Program-made: the position numbers and the translations under genes
The notes under the pieces: model-generated
What the model was told of the DNA's origin: nothing
What the model saw: the letters and a program-made list of their open reading frames with translations, nothing else
Database searches by the model: none
Assembly (NCBI GenBank): GCA_963715625.1
Contig: OY970260.1
Location: 2,439,520-2,503,519 of the forward strand
Origin: an uncultured Solirubrobacterales bacterium
Lineage (GTDB): Bacteria; Actinomycetota; Thermoleophilia; Solirubrobacterales; 70-9
Direction: 5' to 3'
DNA: 64,000 nt
Part shown: in pieces, positions 27,178 to 38,529 of the stretch
Layout: each line of letters starts with the position of its first letter
Position numbering within the stretch: the stretch's first letter is position 1

Positions 27178-27451
27178 TCGCGGAGGTTCTCCTCTCGCGA
27201 GGACGCAAAATCCTCGCTTCGAGGTCTCCGTGAAAGTCGGGACGGCTCGCCCGCTCGCTGAGATCGCTGCGCCCAGCGGTGAACGCTCCTATCAACGAGA
27301 ACGGAGGCTGCGGCTCCTCGCCGCCCAGCTCATGCTCAAGAGCCTCTTGGACGATCTGGGGGAGGGCCACGCCACGCTGATCCGCAACCCTGCGGGCACG
27401 CTCCAGCAGCTTGGCGTCCACTTCGACGGTTCTTGTCGGCGATGCAGCCAT
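27116..27451 (-). pseudogene. ribbon-helix-helix (CopG/VapB-like) antitoxin gene truncated by the IS3 insertion
   Basis: Native-looking N-terminus TVEVDAKLLERARRVADQRGVALPQIVQEALEHEL...LIGAFTAGRSDLSERA; the ORF then runs into the IS3 right IR at about 27249 and continues as junk. Confidence 0.5.
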
Positions 27452-27627
27452 GCCTAGATTCTACCGCCGCGATTCCCGGCACCCCGGGGGAGCGTGCGTG
27501 CCTGCCCAATCGCGTGCGGGGTGGGTGTCGGACTGGCGCATTGCCGGTCTCGCGGGATTGGAGGGCTACCGGAGCCAGCACCCGCGATGCCCCGCAAACC
27601 GCTCTAACAAGCCCCCACAACAGAAAA

Positions 27628-27650
27628 CGCCCCTCCGGGGAGGAGGGGCG
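27628..27650 (-). terminator. intrinsic-terminator-like hairpin (minus-strand orientation)
   Basis: 9-bp GC stem CGCCCCTCC / GGAGGGGCG with a 5-nt loop; on the minus strand followed by TTTTCTGTTG. Confidence 0.5.
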
Positions 27651-27653
27651 CTA

Positions 27654-27705
27654 TCTGGGGTTACTACAGGGAGGAGAGATATTTATCTCTATATGTGGAT
27701 CCGTG
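27654..27705 (+). repeat. imperfect direct repeat DR-B (partner 23281..23330)
   Basis: See DR-A; contains AGGGAGGAGAGA and palindrome AGAGATA..TATCTCT. Confidence 0.6.
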
Positions 27706-28006
27706 GGAGGTAGGTGGGCCCTTTGATGTGCCGCTGGAACGTCATCGTGGGAGGCGATGGCGCCATATGGGCGGCGCCGGACCCAGCCAGGAAGTTTGTT
27801 TCGTGCTCCTTATCGGTTGTCCTCTATGAATCCTTGAGCAGCATACGAACATACGTGCGATTCGTATGTGAGTGGGATCACAGACTGCTCGCACGCGGCT
27901 GGACCGCTGCTGGGCATGAGACCAGGCCAAGCCTAAGCGCGGTTAAAAAGCTGTAGGAGCATCGAACAAACGGCTGTTTGCCCGGGGCGGCTGTAGCGTT
28001 TCGGGG

Positions 28007-28789
28007 ATGGCGAAGGCGCGGATAGATGCCGTCCTGGCCGAGCGCGGGCTGTTCCCCTCGCGCACGGCTGCCGCGGTCGCGGTGCGCGCGGGCGCGGTGC
28101 GGGTCGGCGCCGACGGGCCGGTCGCCCTGCGTCCCAGCCAGCTGGTCGAGCCGGAGGCTGCGTTCGTCGTCAACTCGGGCCCCCGTTTTGCCTCCCGGGG
28201 CGGGATCAAGCTGGAGAACGCGCTGGAGGCGCTCGGGATCGAGGTCGCCGGGCGTGACTGCCTCGACGTGGGCGCCTCGACCGGTGGCTTCACCGATTGC
28301 ATGCTGCAGCGGGGGGCGGCACGGGTCGCCGCCGTCGACGTCGCCTACGGGCAGATCGACCAGGGCCTGCGGGGGGACCCGCGGGTGACGGTGATCGAGC
28401 GGCTCAACGCGCGCGAGCTGGTGCCCGCGGACCTGCCCTTCGTCCCCGCCCTGGCGACGATCGACGTCTCCTTCATCTCCCTGGCGAAGGTGCTGCCGGC
28501 GGTCGCTCGCTGCCTGGCGCCCGGGGGCGAGGTGCTCGCCATGGTCAAGCCCCAGTTCGAGCTGGGCCGGGAGCGGGTGCGCAAGGGGGTCGTCCGCGAC
28601 GCGGCAGACCGGCGCGAGGCGATCCTCGGAGTCGCGCTCGCCGCACGCGAGCTCGGCCTCGCGGTGCGCGGGTTCGCCTCCTCGGGCCTGCCCGGCCCGA
28701 AGGGCAACCGCGAGACCTTCGTCTGGTGTGGCCGCGGCGGCGAGGAGGTCGCCGACCTGGAGCAGGCGATCGCCGGGGTGGACGGGTGA
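28007..28789 (+). CDS. tlyA: TlyA-family rRNA 2'-O-methyltransferase (hemolysin A-like)
   Basis: S4-like N-terminus (RIDAVLAERGLFPSR), FtsJ-type SAM motif LDVGASTGGFTDC. Confidence 0.88.
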   Translation: MAKARIDAVLAERGLFPSRTAAAVAVRAGAVRVGADGPVALRPSQLVEPEAAFVVNSGPRFASRGGIKLENALEALGIEVAGRDCLDVGASTGGFTDCMLQRGAARVAAVDVAYGQIDQGLRGDPRVTVIERLNARELVPADLPFVPALATIDVSFISLAKVLPAVARCLAPGGEVLAMVKPQFELGRERVRKGVVRDAADRREAILGVALAARELGLAVRGFASSGLPGPKGNRETFVWCGRGGEEVADLEQAIAGVDG

Positions 28790-29631
28790 AGACCGCCGCC
28801 CTGATAACCCACTCCCACCCTCCGGCCGCGACCGAAGCGGTCACCGTTGCCGCCGCCGCCGCGCGCGATGCCGGCTGGCGCCTCGTCGCCACCGCGGAGG
28901 AGATCTCCAAGCACGACCAGGCCGCCGCGGGCGTCGAGCGGGTCGACTCGCTCCCCGGCGATTCCGACCTCTGCCTGGTGCTCGGCGGCGACGGCTCGAT
29001 CCTCTACGCGCTGCGCCGCTTCGCCCACACCGGCGTGTCCGTCTTCGGCGTCAACTTCGGCACGGTGGGCTTCCTCGCCGCGGTCGAGCGCGACGATGCC
29101 GAGGCAGGGATCCGCCGGGCCCTCGCCGGGGAGACCGAGGCGATCGACCTGCCCGCGCTGGCGATCGAGGTCGAGGGCGAGGAGCGGTTCGCCTTCAACG
29201 ACGTCAGCTTCAGCCGGCGCCCGCACGACCGCGTCGCCGAGCTCAGCTACCGGATCGCCGGCGAGGAGGTCGGCAACGTGCGCTGCGACGGCCTCGTCGC
29301 CGCCACGCCCGCCGGCTCGACCGGCTACAACCTCGCCAACCAGGGCCCGATCCTCGCCTGGGGGGTGAAGGGGTACGTGGTCAGCTACATCTCGCCCCAC
29401 TCGCTGACCGCGCGGGCGCTGGTGGTCGCCCCGGGCGACGTGCTCGGCGTTGGCAACGCCCCGGGCCGGGAGCCGGTCAACGTCGCCATCGACGGCGCCC
29501 AGGCCGGCGCGCTCGCCCCCGGCGCCGCCCTCGACGTGCGTTTCGCCGACGCCGTCGGCAAGCTCGCCCAGCTCCCCGGCACCAGCTTCTACCACCGCAT
29601 TCGCGAGAAGTTCGGCCACCTGGCGGTATAG
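28786..29631 (+). CDS. nadK: NAD kinase
   Basis: GTG 28786 overlaps tlyA stop; GGDGSILYALR, NDV, GSTGYNLA motifs. Confidence 0.88.
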   Translation: MKTAALITHSHPPAATEAVTVAAAAARDAGWRLVATAEEISKHDQAAAGVERVDSLPGDSDLCLVLGGDGSILYALRRFAHTGVSVFGVNFGTVGFLAAVERDDAEAGIRRALAGETEAIDLPALAIEVEGEERFAFNDVSFSRRPHDRVAELSYRIAGEEVGNVRCDGLVAATPAGSTGYNLANQGPILAWGVKGYVVSYISPHSLTARALVVAPGDVLGVGNAPGREPVNVAIDGAQAGALAPGAALDVRFADAVGKLAQLPGTSFYHRIREKFGHLAV

Positions 29632-29689
29632 GCAACGGCCGGTCGCGACGCCCGGGGCTTCGGTCCGTGGCGATTGCTAGACAGGGGAC

Positions 29690-31372
29690 GTGCTGCGAGA
29701 GCTTCGCATCGAGAACCTGCTCTTGATCGAGCAGGCCGAAATGCGGCTGGGAGAGGGCCTCAACGCGATCACCGGGGAGACGGGAGCGGGCAAGACCGTC
29801 CTGGCGCACTCGCTCGACCTGCTGATGGGCGGCAAGGCCCGGCCGCAGATCGTGCGGCCCGGGGCCGAGGAGGCCTGGGTCGAGGGCGTCTTCGACCTGC
29901 CCGAGGGGCTGTTGGCCGAGCCTGAGATGGCCGAGATCGCCGAGCGGCTGCCCGACGGCGCGGAGGAGATCGTGCTCGGGCGCCGTGTCGCGGCGAGCGG
30001 GCGGACCAGCGCCTTCGTTGCTGGACGCGCTGCCTCGGCCTCGGACCTGAAGCTGCTGGGCGGGCGGCTGTTTGCCTTCTACGGCCAGCACGAGCATCGC
30101 AAGCTGACGATCTCATCGGCGCAGATGGAGGTGCTGGACGGGTTCGCCGGGGCCGGGCACCTGGAGCTGCGGGAGCGCTACCGGGGAGCCCACCGCGAGT
30201 GCCTGGGGCTCGAAGCGGAGCTGGCCGAGCTGCGCGAGCGCGACGGCTCGCGGGAGCGCGACCTCGACCTCCACCGCTACGAGCTCTCCGAGATCGAGGA
30301 GGTCGCCCCCGACCCGGCCGAGAAGGCCGAGCTCGGAGCGGAGCGCGAGCGCCTGCGCCACGCCGAGGGTTTGCGCGAGGCGGCGGCGGGGGCGCACGCG
30401 GCGGCGCTCGGCGCCGAGGAGGGCGGCGGGGGCGCGGCCGAGCTGCTCGCCCAGGCCGAGGCCCTCCTGCAGGGCGCCGGCGGGGTCGACCCCGATCTCG
30501 ATGCGCTCTCCACACGGCTCAGCTCCCTCGCGATCGAGCTGGGCGACGTGGCCGGCGAGCTGCGCGACTACCTCGAGGGAGTGGAGGCCGATCCCGGGCG
30601 CCTCGCCGCAGTTGAGGAGCGCCTCGACGCCCTCGACCGGCTCGAGCGCAAGCACGGCGGCAGCGTCGAGGCGGTCCTCGAGCACGCCGGGCGCTGCCGC
30701 TCGGAGATCGCCCGCCTGGAGAACGCCGAGGAGCGGGACGCCGAGGCCGAGGCGGCGCTGGCGGAGGCCGAGGCGAGCCGGGCCAAGCTGGCGGGCAAGC
30801 TCGGCAAGGCGCGGGCGAAGGCGGCGGCCCCGCTGGAGCGCGAGGTCGCGCAGGAGTTGGAGCGATTGGCTATGCCCGGCGCGCGGCTGGAGGTGGTGCT
30901 GGAGCCGCATCCCGACGGGTTCGGCCCCAACGGAGCCGAGTCGGTCGAGCTGCGCCTGGCCCCGAATCCCGGGCTGGAGCCGGCGCCGTTGCGCGACGCC
31001 GCCTCCGGCGGCGAGCTCTCGCGGGTGATGCTCGCGCTCAGCGGCTTCGGCGGCTCGGGGGGCGCGGGGACGCTCGTCTTCGACGAGATCGATGCGGGCG
31101 TCGGCGGCAAGACCGCCCGCGCGGTCGGCGAGCGCCTGCGGGCCCTCGGCGAGGGCCGCCAGGTGCTCTGCATCACTCATCTTCCCCAGGTCGCCTCCCG
31201 GGCCCAGGCTCACTTCACGCTGGAGAAGGACGTCTCCGGCGAGCGGGCCAGCGCCACCGTGCGGCGGCTGGAGGGCGAAGGCGTCGTCGCGGAGATCCGC
31301 CGCATGCTCGGTGGCGAGCAGTCCGACGAGGCGGCGACCCAGCACGCCAGGGAGCTGCTGGCCGCGGCCTGA
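29690..31372 (+). CDS. recN: DNA repair protein RecN
   Basis: N-terminal Walker A GETGAGKT, long coiled coil, C-terminal SGGELSRVMLAL signature and VFDEIDAG Walker B. Confidence 0.92.
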   Translation: MLRELRIENLLLIEQAEMRLGEGLNAITGETGAGKTVLAHSLDLLMGGKARPQIVRPGAEEAWVEGVFDLPEGLLAEPEMAEIAERLPDGAEEIVLGRRVAASGRTSAFVAGRAASASDLKLLGGRLFAFYGQHEHRKLTISSAQMEVLDGFAGAGHLELRERYRGAHRECLGLEAELAELRERDGSRERDLDLHRYELSEIEEVAPDPAEKAELGAERERLRHAEGLREAAAGAHAAALGAEEGGGGAAELLAQAEALLQGAGGVDPDLDALSTRLSSLAIELGDVAGELRDYLEGVEADPGRLAAVEERLDALDRLERKHGGSVEAVLEHAGRCRSEIARLENAEERDAEAEAALAEAEASRAKLAGKLGKARAKAAAPLEREVAQELERLAMPGARLEVVLEPHPDGFGPNGAESVELRLAPNPGLEPAPLRDAASGGELSRVMLALSGFGGSGGAGTLVFDEIDAGVGGKTARAVGERLRALGEGRQVLCITHLPQVASRAQAHFTLEKDVSGERASATVRRLEGEGVVAEIRRMLGGEQSDEAATQHARELLAAA

Positions 31373-31412
31373 AGCGGATTGCGACCCGGCGCAGAGCGGC
31401 TAACCTGCTCCG

Positions 31413-32600
31413 ATGGCAACCGCAAGTCGCCGTCGTCTCCCTGCTCTCTTCTCCCGCCGTAACGGCGGGTCCCCGGGCGAGGCGATCGAGGGGACGGTGC
31501 GGCTCGGCCGTCGCACCAAGCACCTGGTCAAGCGGCTCGTTCCAGGCGACATCGCCGTCATAGACCACGTCAACATCGACCGGATCGCTGCCGAGGAGCT
31601 GATCGCCACCGGCGTGGGGGCGGTGCTCAATGCCTCGCCCTCCTCCAACGGCCGCTACCCGAACGCCGGGCCGCTGCTGCTCGCCCGCGCCGGGGTGACC
31701 CTGCTCGACGCCGATGGCGCCGACCCCTTCGAGCTGCTCGGCGAGGGCGACCGGGTGACGATCTCCGGCGGCGCCGTGCTCGCCCGCGGCCACGAGGTCC
31801 TGCGCGGCCGCGTGCTCGGGGTCGAGGAGCTGGAGCTCCAGCTCGACCGCCAGCGCCAGCGGGTCGACGAGGCGCTGGCCGAGTTCGCCGAGAACACCGT
31901 CGCCCACGTGCGCCAGGAGACCGACCTGCTGACCGGCGCCGTCGAGTTCCCGCCCACCCGCGCCTCCTTCCGCGACCGCCACGTCCTGATCGTCGTTCGC
32001 GGCGAGCACCACCGCCGCGACCTGCAGGCGCTGCGCGCCTACATCCGCAACGTGCGCCCGCTGGTCGTCGCCGTCGACGGCGGCGCCGACGGCGTGCTGG
32101 AAGCCGGGTTGAAACCGGACGTGATCCTCGGCGACATGGACTCGGCCGGGGACGAGGCGCTGCGCTGCGGCGCCGAGCTGGTCGTCCACGCCTATCCCGA
32201 CGGGCGCGCCCCGGGGCGCCAGCGCCTGCTCGACCTCGACCTCGGGCACACCGTGCTCCCCGCCGCCGGCACCAGCGAGGACGTGGCGATGCTGATGGCC
32301 TACGAGAAGGGGGCCGCGCTGATCGTCAGCGTCGGCGCCCACTTCAACCTGATCGAGTTCCTCGACCGCAAGCGCGGCGGCATGTCCTCGACCTTCCTCA
32401 CCCGGCTGCGGATCGGCGAGAAGCTGGTCGACGCGAAGGGCGTCAGCCGCCTCTACAACCCGAGCTCGCCCTTCGGCCCCCTGGTGCTCTTCGGGGCGGT
32501 GTTCGCGATCCTGCTGGCGATCGTCGTGATCACCTCGCCGGCCCTCAGCGACCTCTTCGACCTGGTCTGGCTGAAGGTCAAGATCTGGCTGGGGCTGTAG
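31413..32600 (+). CDS. steA: putative cytokinetic ring protein SteA
   Basis: TKHLVKRLVPGDIAVIDHVNIDR N-terminal pattern and C-terminal TM; follows recN as in Actinobacteria. Confidence 0.72.
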   Translation: MATASRRRLPALFSRRNGGSPGEAIEGTVRLGRRTKHLVKRLVPGDIAVIDHVNIDRIAAEELIATGVGAVLNASPSSNGRYPNAGPLLLARAGVTLLDADGADPFELLGEGDRVTISGGAVLARGHEVLRGRVLGVEELELQLDRQRQRVDEALAEFAENTVAHVRQETDLLTGAVEFPPTRASFRDRHVLIVVRGEHHRRDLQALRAYIRNVRPLVVAVDGGADGVLEAGLKPDVILGDMDSAGDEALRCGAELVVHAYPDGRAPGRQRLLDLDLGHTVLPAAGTSEDVAMLMAYEKGAALIVSVGAHFNLIEFLDRKRGGMSSTFLTRLRIGEKLVDAKGVSRLYNPSSPFGPLVLFGAVFAILLAIVVITSPALSDLFDLVWLKVKIWLGL

Positions 32601-32637
32601 CGGCCCGTCGGGGTCGCCATTAGCCTTCCCCGCGTCG

Positions 32638-33510
32638 ATGGGCTACAGCGCCAAATACCACGCGACCTCCCTGGTTGCCGTCTTCCTCGCCCTCGCGATC
32701 GGGATCCTGATCGGCGCCGAGTTCGGCGGCGACGCGCTGACCAACACGCGCCGGGACCTCGAGCACAGCCTCACCGGCAACCTGCAGGACGCGCGCGACC
32801 GGGCCGACGAGCTGAACGCCGAGCTGGCGCGTGCCGACGAGTTCGCCAGCCGCGTCTACCCGGCGCTGGTGCGCGACCGGCTCGCCGGGCGGCGGGTCGG
32901 GGTCCTCGCCCTCGGCGACCTTCCCGGCGACACCTCCTCGGCGATCGAGGACGCCCTCGGGCCGACCGGGGCGCGGCTGGTCGGCATCGGCGTGGTGCGC
33001 GAGCCGGTCGACCTGCGCGGCCTGGCCGGGGACCTCTCGAAGACGCGCTTTGCGGCCCTGCGCCGGGATCCCGACACGCTCACCGCCTTCGGCGTCGGGC
33101 TGGGACGGCAGGTCGTCCGCAGGGGGGCCCTGCCCGAGCTCGTGCGCGGCCATCTCTTCTCCCGCGCCAGCGGCAACTTCGGCGCCCTCGACGGGGTCAT
33201 CGTGGTGCGCGACGTGCCCGAGGAGATGGGGCCGGTGCAGCGCTCCAACGCGAGCCGGCTCGAATCGGCGCTGATGGCGGGAATCGCCGGGACCCGCACG
33301 CCCGCGGTCGGGGTCGAGACGTCCAGCACGGAACCCTCCTCGGTCTCCTTCTTCAACGGCAACGACCTGACCAGCGTCGACGACGCCGAGCTCGCGGCGG
33401 GGCGGGTTGCGACCGTCTTCGCCCTGCTCGGCGCCGAGGGCAGCTTCGGGGTCAAGGGGTCGGCCGACCGCCTGCTGCCGGATCTGCTGCCGCCGGTGGA
33501 GTCCCGGTGA
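32638..33510 (+). CDS. membrane-anchored protein of the family often annotated copper transporter (MctB/DUF3186-like)
   Basis: N-terminal YHATSLVAVFLALAIGILIG anchor followed by a coiled-coil segment; synteny after steA. Confidence 0.5.
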   Translation: MGYSAKYHATSLVAVFLALAIGILIGAEFGGDALTNTRRDLEHSLTGNLQDARDRADELNAELARADEFASRVYPALVRDRLAGRRVGVLALGDLPGDTSSAIEDALGPTGARLVGIGVVREPVDLRGLAGDLSKTRFAALRRDPDTLTAFGVGLGRQVVRRGALPELVRGHLFSRASGNFGALDGVIVVRDVPEEMGPVQRSNASRLESALMAGIAGTRTPAVGVETSSTEPSSVSFFNGNDLTSVDDAELAAGRVATVFALLGAEGSFGVKGSADRLLPDLLPPVESR

Positions 33511-33531
33511 GCGCCCCGACCGTCTCGGTGA

Positions 33532-36197
<2,666 letters not shown>

Positions 36198-36231
36198 GGT
36201 CGCGCCGTATCCCGGCTAGCCTGTCCCGGTT

Positions 36232-37341
36232 GTGAAGAGGCTGTACGAGACTTTCATAAGGCTGTGTGAGATTCGCAGCCCGACCGGAGAGGAGCGCGAG
36301 GTCGCGGACACGATCGCCGCCGAGCTGCGCGCGCTGGGGCTCGAGGTGAGCGAGGACGGCGCCGCGGGGCCGGCCGAAGCGGGGGCGGGCAACATCCTCG
36401 CCCGGCTGCCGGGGGCGAGCGCGGAGTGGGTGATGTTCTGCGCCCACGTCGACACCGTCCCGCACAAGGGCCAGATCGAGGTGGTCGAGTCCGAGGGGGT
36501 CTTCCGCAGCGCCGGGGAGACGATCCTCGGCGCCGACAACAAGGCGGCGGTGGCGGTCTTCATCGAGCTGGCGGCGCGCCATGCCGCCGAGCCGCCCCCG
36601 GTCGGGATCGAGCTGGTCCTGACCGTCGCCGAGGAGCAGGGCCTGCGCGGCGCCAAGGCCTTCGACGCCTCGACCCTGCGGTCGAGATGCGGCTTCGTCC
36701 TCGATCACGCAAGCGCGATCGGCGAGGTGATCGTCAGCTCGCCTACTCAGCAGCGGGTCCTGGTCGATTTCCACGGAGTCGAGGCACACGCCGGCATCCG
36801 GCCAGAGGACGGCAGCAACGCGATCGCCGCCGCCGCGGCTGCGATCTCGCGCATGGAGCTGGGCCGCCTCGACGAGGAGACGACCGCCAACGTGGGCGTG
36901 ATCTCGGGCGGGACCTCGGGCAACGTCGTCCCGGGGCATTGCGCGATCGTCGCCGAGGCGCGCAGTCTCGACGCCGGCCGGGCGGCGGAGGTCGCGGGGG
37001 CGCTCAGCGACGCCTGCACGTGGGGTGCCAGCGAGCACGGCTGCGACGCCGACGTGCGGATCGAGGAGCTCTTCCGCGGTTACCGCATCCCGCCCTCCTC
37101 GCCGGCGCTGGCCCTGGCCGAGGCCGGGCTGCGACGAGCCGGCTTCGAGCCCGAGCGCACTGCGACCGGCGGCGGCAGCGACGCCAACGCGCTGATCGTC
37201 AACGGCTTCGACTGCGTCCTCCTCGCCAACGGCACCGAGGCCAACCACACGCCGGATGAGACGGTGAGCGCCCGCAACCTCGACGCGATGCTCGAGGTCT
37301 GCGAGGGGGTCGTCTCCGCTGCGGCGGCGGGCTCGGAGTGA
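36232..37341 (+). CDS. M20 family metallopeptidase (peptidase T/dipeptidase-like)
   Basis: LCEIRSPTGEERE, HVDTV, GADNKAAVA, EEQGLRGAK motifs. Confidence 0.8.
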   Translation: MKRLYETFIRLCEIRSPTGEEREVADTIAAELRALGLEVSEDGAAGPAEAGAGNILARLPGASAEWVMFCAHVDTVPHKGQIEVVESEGVFRSAGETILGADNKAAVAVFIELAARHAAEPPPVGIELVLTVAEEQGLRGAKAFDASTLRSRCGFVLDHASAIGEVIVSSPTQQRVLVDFHGVEAHAGIRPEDGSNAIAAAAAAISRMELGRLDEETTANVGVISGGTSGNVVPGHCAIVAEARSLDAGRAAEVAGALSDACTWGASEHGCDADVRIEELFRGYRIPPSSPALALAEAGLRRAGFEPERTATGGGSDANALIVNGFDCVLLANGTEANHTPDETVSARNLDAMLEVCEGVVSAAAAGSE

Positions 37342-38403
37342 GCGGCCGGCTGAAGCTGCGCCGCGGCGTCGTCGTCGGTGAGGAGCCGCTGACGGTCGAG
37401 ATCGACGGCGAGCGCCGCGCCGCCTGGGCCGATACGGCCCTGCTAGGCGAGATGCGCGAGGGCGACGAGGTCGTCGTCAACGTCGAGGCCGTGGACCTGG
37501 GCCTCGGCTCGGGGGGGTTCGACGTGGTCCACGTCAACCTCACCCGCGGGCTTGAAGGGGGTGGGCCGCCGGGCGACGAGCACGCGATGAAGCTGAACTA
37601 CAGCCCCCTCCAGCACGCCGTTGACCCCGTTCGAGCTTCCGGTGCGCTTTATGCCACCCATGACTACAAAAGGCGCACCGGAAGGGGGGAGGGCGACGAT
37701 GCCGGTGCTGGTCCTGCCGCTGCACGGGCACCTGGCGCCGGCGGCCTGGGCGGCGGCGCAGGAGGCTCCGGGGCTGAAGGTGGGCTACGTGCAGACGGGG
37801 GGAGGGGCGCTGCCGGGCTCGCTCAGCCGCGACGTCGCTGAGCTGCGTGAGCGGGGCCTGCTCTGCGGCCACGTCACCGCTGCACCGGCCTACGGAGGCG
37901 AGCACGAGGCAGTCTCGGTCGCGGGTGCGCTCGACGCCGCGGCGCAGTCCCTCGGCTGGGACGCGGCGATCGCCGGCCCCGGCCCCGGCATCATCGGCTC
38001 CGACACCCGCCTCGGCCACGGCGGCATCGCCGCCCTCGACACCGCCCACGCCTCTCTAGCCCTCGGCCTCCCGACCCTGCTCTCCCCGCGCCTCTCTAGC
38101 GCCGACCCCCGCGAGCGCCACCGCCCAGTCAGCCACCACACCCTCACAGTCCTCCAAATGCTCCTAGCCCCCGTAGAGATCCCAGTCCCGGCCAGCGACC
38201 CAATCCCGATCGCGATCCTCGCCACCGCCGCAGGCTGGCGCCACCGCCTCACCGAGGCACAAGCAAATCTCCCCGGCTACACAAGCTCAAACCTCCCAGC
38301 CCGGACGATGGGCAGGTCCATAGAAGAGGACCCACTCTTCTTCGCAGCAGCTCTCGCTTCCGGCCAGGCCCTGGCCGCTTCGACCGCGGGTGGCGTGGGG
38401 TGA
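37338..38403 (+). pseudogene. DUF3866-family gene split by a 49-bp hairpin repeat (N part 37338..37635, C part 37685..38403)
   Basis: N part ends ...MKLNYSPLQHAVDPVR; C part ...MPVLVLPLHGHLAPAAW... is in the +1 frame; removing 37636..37684 gives one 338-aa ORF. Confidence 0.6.
37636..37684. repeat. hairpin repeat, family 2, copy B (inside DUF3866 coding sequence)
   Basis: CTTCCGGTGCGC (37636..37647) pairs with GCGCACCGGAAG (37673..37684). Confidence 0.8.
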
Positions 38404-38529
38404 GGGGGGTCGAGGACGGACCGCGGCCCGCCCGCAGCGCCCCCCTCACCCCGCGACAGGACCCGCGGCCAACGCGCATGGTCCCTTGCCAACCAAGGGC
38501 TTCGGCAACCCAGCGAGAACCACCTCGCC

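Larger units (their letters stand above)
25865..27249 (-). mobile_element. IS3-family insertion sequence (~1.39 kb; ends approximate)
   Basis: Imperfect 27-bp terminal IRs TGGACCATCCCGAGTTCCACGGAGACC (25865..25891) versus the reverse complement of 27223..27249 (21/27 identical); orfA/orfB in 0/-1 frames. Confidence 0.72.

Noticed and set aside
28297-29631. 444-aa ORF as NAD kinase
   Set aside because: The N-terminal 160 codons are an alternative frame over tlyA. The NadK homology begins at GTG 28786, which overlaps the tlyA stop.
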